6,555 bases of DNA from Amoeboradix gromovi X-113 (taxonomy: Eukaryota > Fungi > Sanchytriomycota), in the NCBI GenBank assembly GCA_018985225.1, contig JADGIF010000571.1, positions 1 to 6,555 of the forward strand, read 5' to 3'. The notes beneath the pieces are model-generated. The model saw nothing but the letters and a program-made list of their open reading frames with translations, was not told where the DNA came from and ran no database searches. Below are positions 1-6,259 of the stretch, piece by piece (within the stretch, counting starts at the first letter, position 1; each line of letters opens with the position of its first letter). The translations under genes and the position numbers were made by a program.

Positions 1-71
1 AAAGTAATAAAGCTGAAATAATGTTCCAAGTTGTTACAGAAAGTTAGTCTAGTTTTTATATTTGATGTCCC
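1..71 (-). mobile_element. Terminal part of a second copy of the TIR element family, inverted, continuing beyond the left window edge
   Basis: 37-71 (CAGAAAGTTAGTCTAGTTTTTATATTTGATGTCCC) matches the reverse complement of 2421-2455 at 34/35 nt. Ungapped similarity continues to about position 5 (5-71 vs revcomp 2421-2487, 56/67 by hand count) and stops right after the terminal CCC at 71. Confidence 0.85.
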
Positions 72-229
72 TTATGTTTTTTAGGCCTAACTCCTAAGAG
101 CTAGTTTTGCGTAAGTCAAGGTTCCAAGAAACCAATCTATTGACCAACTCAGTGTTTATTGCAAATATCAAACTCTGGTGTACTATTTTGAGATCTCTTT
201 ATTTTTGAATCATTTATAATTAAGTATCC

Positions 230-1240
230 CTGAAAGCCCGTGGAACAGGTTTAATTACAATAGTTGTGGCATCTTTTCTGCTTAACTTCACTTTTGATAA
301 AAGAACTAATGAACTCAGATCAGACATTGCTTTGCCTTCAAACATGATTAACGCTTCGTGTAGTTCCAATCCTACGATGCAGATAATAGTGTGCATTGTA
401 TTGCACCTGTGCTTATACAAGCTGGGCTAGAGGAACAAGTCTATGATATATAATATAATCAGATTCATTAGATTAAGTAAATATTTATTCTGTGCGATAA
501 TTTACTAAGCCGTGTGGACATCTTGGCTCTAGCATTCTTTCTCTGTCATCAGAAACCGTAATCCGATTACAAATGTCCTTGCAGACTACTCCACTATCAT
601 TGCAATGTTTAATATCATTCCATGATAGATAAATTTGTTGTATTAGACAAAAATTAACAACTTTGCGCATCTGCTTGCTATAAATAACAACTTGGATTAA
701 GAGGCATATAAACGATTGGTTCCTTCAAATGCAGAGATTGAAAATCTCTAGTACTTTACAGCTCGATTGTTATCTTGAATAAATCATTTATCGCGAATTT
801 TATGTATTTTTATATAATTTCATGACTTCTCCGATAGCTTAAATACTGGATGTTCTTCCTTTTCGCAAATGGTAATGGAATTAATGGATGTAATCCCGAA
901 TATGTCAATCTAAAGAAATAATTAAAGGTAAAGCATACATTCATCAACATTGAGGAACTGATCCAAGCATGGAAGAATTAGATGTCTCTCAACGCCAGGA
1001 TAGAGATCAACGACAAATAAACTTGTAAACCGTTTATTTAATAATTCTTGTGACTGGTCTTACCGAATATGCGAAAATAGAGACCATATGGCAGCAAGGA
1101 ACACATACATCAAATGTATGTATCCTTGTTCAATCCCACCTCAGGGTAGTGCAAGCGTGAGCAATCACTGTAACAGATTTACTAGCACTGCTAGTTTTTC
1201 TGTGATAATTCTCGATTTTCTCGGAAATCAAGACTTTTAA
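230..1240 (+). pseudogene. Highly degenerate Ty3/gypsy-like LTR retrotransposon pol remnant (RT connection, RNase H, integrase); boundaries approximate
   Basis: Motifs occur in the correct order across frames. IKELMNSDQTL (~297-329) is connection-like. DNSVHCIAPVLIQ (382-420) has the spacing of the RNase H start DASxxxIGAVLxQ. WTSWL*HSFSVIRNRNPITNVLAD (515-586) has the spacing of WxxxLxxxxxxIxxRxGxxNVxAD. KRLVP (710-724) resembles the integrase N-terminus, and PFRKW (858-872) plus MDVI (884-895) resemble the integrase core PxxxW...MDFI. The RNase H then integrase order is gypsy-type. Many stops and frameshifts; no LTR found. Confidence 0.55.
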
Positions 1241-1278
1241 TGAGGAGCCACAGCAAAAGATATTAAATATAACATTTA

Positions 1279-2025
1279 TTAATCTTCTACAATGGTTGCA
1301 GTTGAAGGATCGTGTTTATCAAGCTGCAAGGAATGTGTATGTGTACTAAGTGACCTTATTAATACTCCAAAATCTTCTTCTTCGACCGGCTTTCCCAAAG
1401 CATCTCTGAAAGTGGATGCTACCAGATTCATATCTGTGGAGCTTAAATGAGAGTCTGTACCAGCCATATCTCTTGGTTTTTTAGGGTTATTGTGTCTTTT
1501 GTGTATTATAAAAGCTGCAATTGCAAGGCCAATGACAAGCGCTCCGCCCACTACACAACCCGCAATAATGACAGTCAGTTTCCAGCTTGGTTGTTGTTCG
1601 GGTACAGATGGTAATACCGGATTTCTTGGCGATAAGGGTTCAACAACATCTGCAACATTTTGCTTGATTATTATTGGAATTGAGTGATCCTCGCCCGACA
1701 AAGGAGCTTCATCTTTAGGCATTATTACTATTTCATACCTACCTGTTGTTTTGTTTGGAACCAGATAGTCGACTGCTTCCTGAGAGGCCAAAATTCCAGT
1801 AAATATCTTAAAAGGGTCATTTGTTGGGTCACTGAGTGATCTTAAATACACGTCTATTGTTCCAGCAGTCACAAATGTGTTATATTGACCGTTCCAAGCA
1901 ATTTCATACGTGGTTCCAACATTCCATATGTCATTGGGATCTGGACGCCTAATTTGTTTCCGAGATGGACAGAAAGGTGTATTAACAATGCAAGTACCAA
2001 ATATCAGAATAAATAAGCTGAACAT
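1279..2025 (-). CDS. Type I single-pass membrane protein (248 aa): signal peptide, Kre9/KNH-like (Ser-Thr-rich GPI-anchored family) Ig-like domain, TM helix, cytoplasmic tail
   Basis: The first ATG in the ORF is at 2025 and gives a hydrophobic signal peptide (MFSLFILIFGTCIVNT). PDPNDIWNVGTTYEIAWN fits the P-x5-W-x2-G-x2-Y-x-I-x-W start of that fungal domain. TM segment VIIAGCVVGGALVIGLAIAAFII is followed by basic HKRH. TAA at 1281-1279 overlaps AATAAA. Confidence 0.8.
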   Translation of the reverse strand: MFSLFILIFGTCIVNTPFCPSRKQIRRPDPNDIWNVGTTYEIAWNGQYNTFVTAGTIDVYLRSLSDPTNDPFKIFTGILASQEAVDYLVPNKTTGRYEIVIMPKDEAPLSGEDHSIPIIIKQNVADVVEPLSPRNPVLPSVPEQQPSWKLTVIIAGCVVGGALVIGLAIAAFIIHKRHNNPKKPRDMAGTDSHLSSTDMNLVASTFRDALGKPVEEEDFGVLIRSLSTHTHSLQLDKHDPSTATIVED

Positions 2026-2062
2026 GTGAGAAAATGATTCGTGACAGTGTAAGTCTGCGAAA

Positions 2063-2103
2063 CCCCGGGCGATTGGACTGACATTAATTAGTCCTATCCA
2101 ATC
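2063..2103. promoter_or_regulatory. Possible promoter elements of the membrane-protein gene: two inverted CCAAT boxes and a GC-rich patch
   Basis: GATTGGA (2071-2077) and TCCAATC (2097-2103) are exact inverted copies containing CCAAT. CCCCGGG starts at 2063. All lie about 40-80 bp upstream of the ATG at 2025. Confidence 0.3.
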
Positions 2104-2420
2104 AGTCAATGCAGCGTATTAATAAACATTTGCCCAAAGTGACAGGATCCCAGTTTTTATGAATGCGTAGCTGAAAAATTAAGTGCTTAAAAAGTGAAGA
2201 AAACAAATTATTTTAATTATTTTAAATGTATGCCCGTGGATTGGAAGATGAGAAACACATCTCTCACAAACGAGCTGTTAGTCTCCAACACACAACGACT
2301 TGTTTACTAAGTACTCAAGTGCTTTTGGTGTAGTGCTTCCTATGAGTGATTCTCCTTTCTTTCATAATATCCTGCAACACGTGTTTTTGTAAAACAATAT
2401 CCGAGTTTTGCGATACAATT

Positions 2421-2819
2421 GGGACATCAAATATAAAAACTAGACTTACTTTCTGAAATAGTTTGAATCATTATTTTAAGTGTATTAACCGATAGTAAAT
2501 TAAGTTAAATTAATCTGTTCAAGTAAATTATTTTAGTATAAAAGCTTCTGATCCATCATAATCTTAGAGACAATGGTTAACAAGAAGAAGAGAAAACAAA
2601 AAATAAGTTATACGAAGAAAAGAAAATGGAACAGATAAGACACTCAAAGACCTTGTTTGAAAGAGATAGTGGGTGATCTTGTTTATTTTAAAGATAGGAA
2701 TGACATTAATGAAAGAAAATTGGTTTGAAAGAGGAAGGACTTTTATTAATAATAGTATTCCTCCTTATGTAGTACCTCTTTTAAAAACGACTTGGTCTAG
2801 TTTTTATGTTTGGTGTCCC
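2421..2819. mobile_element. 399-bp non-autonomous TIR DNA transposon (MITE-like), 25-bp TIRs beginning GGG; superfamily unassigned
   Basis: Left TIR GGGACATCAAATATAAAAACTAGAC (2421-2445) and right TIR GTCTAGTTTTTATGTTTGGTGTCCC (2795-2819) are 23/25 complementary. The interior is AT-rich with no long ORF. A second family copy is at 1-71. No perfect TSD (flanks ...ACAATT | ATAAGA...). Confidence 0.85.
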
Positions 2820-2896
2820 ATAAGAATCAGCACATGAGTGAGGGCAAATGGAAGAGGCAGCGTAAAAAAGTTGTTTATAAACCGCATTGCGAGCGC

Positions 2897-3040
2897 TTGA
2901 TCTGAGATAGGATTTTCATTAGAGTGCCTGGGATCATTTTCCAAAAGCATATGGCATGACATGGGACCCAATCTCAGAAAGTGTCCCCTACTCTAAGTCG
3001 AAGGACCACCTGGAAATATGTGTTAGTCCCATAACATGTC
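2897..3040 (-). ncRNA. Candidate omegaRNA scaffold of the Fanzor/TnpB relic; ends uncertain
   Basis: Overlaps and follows the 3' end of the nuclease frame, as known for TnpB/Fanzor loci. About 48% GC over 2881-3010 (hand count) versus ~22% in 2461-2520. Stems on the minus strand: 3040-3026 with 2967-2953; hairpin 3009-2981; 2978-2966 with 2913-2901. Several pairs are G-U only on the minus strand. Confidence 0.45.
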
Positions 3041-3532
3041 TTTAAGCCTTTTCTTAATATGAAAAATGCAGTGGCAATATCTTCTTTATAATTGCTTGGC
3101 TGATTGGCACTTAAGCATATGTTGCAACATCCCAACCTGTAATCATTTCATATTCTATCTTGATGTTTGTGATGTCCTTTTGTTCACAAACAAGGCAGCA
3201 TCTGGATGTCTTTCTTCGCCTATTATCTTCACAGTACACACTCTCTTATTTCTAACAAACCTTCGCATCTGATTGCATGAAGATGTCAGATTCCTAGTGC
3301 GGTTTCTAGGTGTACCTCCTACTTAGAAATTAAAACATTTTGTCGAAATGGTCTTAAATGTTTAAAGCATTGAAAGCAGTAGTCATAACACTCCTAAACT
3401 CTTTCATTGTGTTCATAATTCTAAATTCTACTATAAGAAAAACCATGCAAGCAAGAAATGCTACAATCAATCATCCATATCTGCAAAACGAACCATCCAG
3501 CTAACCTGGATCTACTTAGAGCAGATTGTGAT
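2974..3532 (-). pseudogene. Fanzor (eukaryotic TnpB-like RNA-guided endonuclease) relic: RuvC plus zinc-finger C-terminal half, 5'-truncated and frameshifted
   Basis: Minus-strand translation across frameshifts gives ITICS/VDPG (RuvC-I, D at 3512-3510), CTVKIIGEE/TSRCCLVC (E at 3217-3215, CxxC 3197-3186), MLKCQS/(C)QAIIK (3118-3084; the second Cys needs one base restored) and DIATAFFILRKGL (RuvC-III, D at 3081-3079; cf. RDxNAAxNILxxGL). TGA at 2976-2974. Order and spacing fit the family. Confidence 0.75.
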
Positions 3533-3614
3533 AGAACAGGAAATGGTATGCCGAATTTCAACTGCTACGTGTTCTTAAAAGTAATTTTAAATCGAGCCAA
3601 AACTTTGATCAAGG

Positions 3615-4871
3615 ATGAAATTGGGGCGTAAAGTTGATAGCAGAGTTGAAAATGCAATAATAATGAAAACTAGGCAGCTAAAAGTACAAAAACAATCTGG
3701 TAGTAATGTGATTAAGCAGCTTGACCACAACAAGGATACAGTGCGACTGCATGCACTCAAAACTGTTCTGAAGCATACCAGTAAAATTGAAATGGCGGTT
3801 CCTTTAGTAAGCATGCTACTGGATCCATTCGATAGTATCAGAAAGTATTGTATTGAGGAAATACATCTATTTACACCAATACGCATTTTTGCTCCGTTAT
3901 TAATGCGTACAGTTGCTTCAGGACTAGTTCATATTATCCCTTCGGTTAGACTAGATATGCTGAAGCTTTTAAAGCAGCTTACTAGTCTGGTGCAGTATCA
4001 GAAATATGTAGAATTTGACTTGTTCTTACCAATTTTAATGAAAATGTACACCGAACAAGCTAAATTAATCTTAAAGTCATTAACACTTTCTTGTATAGTT
4101 AATATATACAATCTTAATTGTACTAGCTCAGATGCAGAATCACTTCTTCGTCATCTATTTGTCGATACTCCAAAAGGTAAAATTCCAAATTTCGATCTAT
4201 TTACAAAACCAAACAGTAGCCGGGTATTATCAGCACATTGGATTGAAACGTCCTCACATCTTGACATGCTAAACATAATCAAGACCTGTCTGCTTTACAA
4301 CTGCAAAATGAATAAAGCATTGATTTTGGGGAAGTTTCCCTTTACAGGTCCCCTGTCCAATGATTTAAACATTTGGGTCGCTACTTTGTATAAAAGTGAA
4401 GAGACGCACTCGTGGCTAGAGTCTAACTGGACTTCTATGGATGATGCTGATTATTCCGTTCTGTTGCCAATAATTATAGAAAAGTACGACCAGTCCACTT
4501 TAGCCACCGGATTAAACAAATTACAATGGAAAAACATAGATTTAGAAAAGAGATATCAGCTGTTGTCACATTTTATGAAACTGGATTTATGTCAAAATTC
4601 CGTAGAACTGCCAAGAATGTTGTTCAATTCTGTAGTTTTGGGAGATTCTAGATTGATCAAAATTATAACCGAATCTCTATCTAGACATTTATCGAAATAT
4701 CGCGATTTACGATCCCTATTATATTATAGAATGAGGCCAATATTTATCTTAAAAACCAAGAGTATCGAAAGTAAAGGCCCGATATACAATCTAGATAAAG
4801 ACGTAGCGTGCAAAATAATAGATTTACTACAATTTTGTACAGAAAAGGATGCCAAGCTATTTTTAAAATAA
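3615..4871 (+). CDS. IPI1: Ipi1/TEX10-like Rix1-complex pre-60S ribosome biogenesis factor (418 aa, HEAT-like)
   Basis: N-terminal KLGRK...N...K...Q, then QLDHNKDTVRLHAL, LLDPFDSIRK and GLVHIIPSVRLDML match the recalled Ipi1/TEX10 pattern (L-x-H-x4-VR-x2-AL, D-x3-[IV]R, HI-x3-[IV]R-x-D). Uninterrupted ORF; stop overlaps AATAAA. Confidence 0.8.
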   Translation: MKLGRKVDSRVENAIIMKTRQLKVQKQSGSNVIKQLDHNKDTVRLHALKTVLKHTSKIEMAVPLVSMLLDPFDSIRKYCIEEIHLFTPIRIFAPLLMRTVASGLVHIIPSVRLDMLKLLKQLTSLVQYQKYVEFDLFLPILMKMYTEQAKLILKSLTLSCIVNIYNLNCTSSDAESLLRHLFVDTPKGKIPNFDLFTKPNSSRVLSAHWIETSSHLDMLNIIKTCLLYNCKMNKALILGKFPFTGPLSNDLNIWVATLYKSEETHSWLESNWTSMDDADYSVLLPIIIEKYDQSTLATGLNKLQWKNIDLEKRYQLLSHFMKLDLCQNSVELPRMLFNSVVLGDSRLIKIITESLSRHLSKYRDLRSLLYYRMRPIFILKTKSIESKGPIYNLDKDVACKIIDLLQFCTEKDAKLFLK

Positions 4872-4894
4872 AATTATATTTATTTTTGAAACCT

Positions 4895-6205
4895 ATGCTT
4901 CCTGCCTTTAGTTTTGATCAGTTTTTGTCAGTTCTACAATCCTATCCGTACTATTCCATAGTTCACTATGTCAAGTCCTTTTTAAAAGAATTTAACAAAA
5001 AAGAATGGACTGTAAACGACAAAATAAAAATTATCAAAGATTTTAAATCTTTTATTCTACCTCGTATGTTGGACATACACAGCAAGAACAAAACAGTTTC
5101 AGACCCTGAATTATTCTTCAGCGAAGGACTGGATAAGTTAATCTGTACAAAGCTATTTGACAAGCTATACCAGGCAAACGGAGTAGATGATAAATTCAAA
5201 GATGAGATATTTTTAAAGAAATGCATGCTGTTTAAATGGGTTAGTCTATCTGCTTTAATGGATGAATCCATTTACGGTGATATTCAATCACATTTAGAAA
5301 TTTTTGAAAACGGAGCCAAAGTTCCAAATATAACTAAACATGCCTTGTTTTCAAAGTATACCGGTCTAGCTTGTACAGAACTTTGTAAAATAAATAATTA
5401 TAAAGCACCTCGTGATAAACTAGTTTGTATTCTGAACTCGATTTACTTGCTGACTCATTTAATGACCAAAATCAAGTGTCAAAGTCATCCAGATTACTTG
5501 CTTCCCATTGTTATTTACATAATAATACAATCCAAGCTGGAAAACATGATCTCTAACATTCAGTATATTAGTCGATTTAGACAATTGCAAGGCGAATCTG
5601 ATTATTACATGGTAATGATAAATTCTGCTATACAATACATTGATACTATGGACGATAACCAGTTAAATATTACAAAAGAAGAGTTCGATATGAAATTAAA
5701 TCGATCATTAAGTGAAATTGATGAGCAGCTGGATCACGCAACCACACCATCACTGCCTGCGCCGCCTTTGAAAATAAAAGGATTATCATTCTTTACAAAG
5801 GTTGTGGACACATTTACCAACACGCCTGAAATTTCAAGAGCAGATATTGACGATGATTCGTTAGAGATCGTTAACACCCCAACAACTGTTAACCATAACA
5901 AAAAGAGCAGTTATGTAGCAGACTACACATCTGAGAGCAATAAAAGTACGGTTAGCAGCCAGCCAGAATTCATGAGTAGGCTAACTACACAAGAACAAGA
6001 GATGATTGAAGAAGATGATTTACAACTAGCAATGGCGATATCATTGTCATTAAAAAGTGGAGACGAATCTAATTATTATGCAAGCCCAGTAATCCAAAAA
6101 GAGGTGTTTCCTGAATACGAGCTAAACGGCGAGATCAAAGCAGAGAACATTTCTAATTTAGTGATTGAAAAACATGATAGCGAGTATCTGATAACCTTTG
6201 ATTGA
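4895..6205 (+). CDS. VPS9: Vps9/Rabex-5 family Rab5 GEF (436 aa): helical bundle, VPS9 domain, C-terminal UIM
   Basis: First ATG at 4895 (FSFDQFL start of the helical bundle). Motifs EGLDKLI, ELCKINNYKAPRDKLVCILN, PDYLLPIVIYIII (Asp finger), NIQYISRFR and GESDYY. UIM EEDDLQLAMAISL at 6008-6046. The GTG start at 4808 in the ORF track overlaps IPI1 and is not used here. Confidence 0.93.
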   Translation: MLPAFSFDQFLSVLQSYPYYSIVHYVKSFLKEFNKKEWTVNDKIKIIKDFKSFILPRMLDIHSKNKTVSDPELFFSEGLDKLICTKLFDKLYQANGVDDKFKDEIFLKKCMLFKWVSLSALMDESIYGDIQSHLEIFENGAKVPNITKHALFSKYTGLACTELCKINNYKAPRDKLVCILNSIYLLTHLMTKIKCQSHPDYLLPIVIYIIIQSKLENMISNIQYISRFRQLQGESDYYMVMINSAIQYIDTMDDNQLNITKEEFDMKLNRSLSEIDEQLDHATTPSLPAPPLKIKGLSFFTKVVDTFTNTPEISRADIDDDSLEIVNTPTTVNHNKKSSYVADYTSESNKSTVSSQPEFMSRLTTQEQEMIEEDDLQLAMAISLSLKSGDESNYYASPVIQKEVFPEYELNGEIKAENISNLVIEKHDSEYLITFD

Positions 6206-6259
6206 TTTAAAATAAATAATCTTTTTTAAAAGTATTTTAGTTCTTCACATCTATCATTA

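Noticed and set aside
220-670. ORF-track ORFs 220-420 (-) and 485-670 (-)
   Set aside because: Short, with no recognisable motifs, and antisense to the gypsy relic.
820-1140. Possible spliced minus-strand gene using GTAAGA...AG and GTATGC...TAG mini-introns
   Set aside because: The second splice creates an immediate stop, no recognisable protein results, and the + strand carries gypsy-like motifs.
2026-2109. N-terminal extension of the membrane protein from the TTG at 2109 (likewise VPS9 from GTG 4808)
   Set aside because: Non-ATG starts in a eukaryote. The downstream ATGs give a proper signal peptide and domain start.
2225-2420. Coding-like composition between the membrane gene promoter and the MITE
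   Set aside because: No identifiable motif in six frames by eye. It may be another relic but cannot be supported.
3180-3245. piggyBac-like Cys-rich tail (VYCEDNRRRKTSRCCLVC)
   Set aside because: The upstream part belongs to another frame. The GEE/TSRCCLVC reading with flanking DPG and RuvC-III motifs fits Fanzor much better.
2934-3470. Minus frame of ~180 codons broken only by TAA/TAG, suggesting a TAR=Gln genetic code
   Set aside because: The three real genes contain no internal TAA/TAG and two end in TAA. The Fanzor motifs are spread over different frames, so decay explains the pattern better.
1490-5271. ORF-track ORFs 1490-1687 (+), 3066-3272 (+), 3587-3886 (-) and 4966-5271 (-)
   Set aside because: Antisense shadows of real genes or of the Fanzor relic.
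5321-5378. Possible intron in VPS9
   Set aside because: GT-AG removal (58 nt) would frameshift, and the unspliced LACTELCKIN already matches the family consensus.
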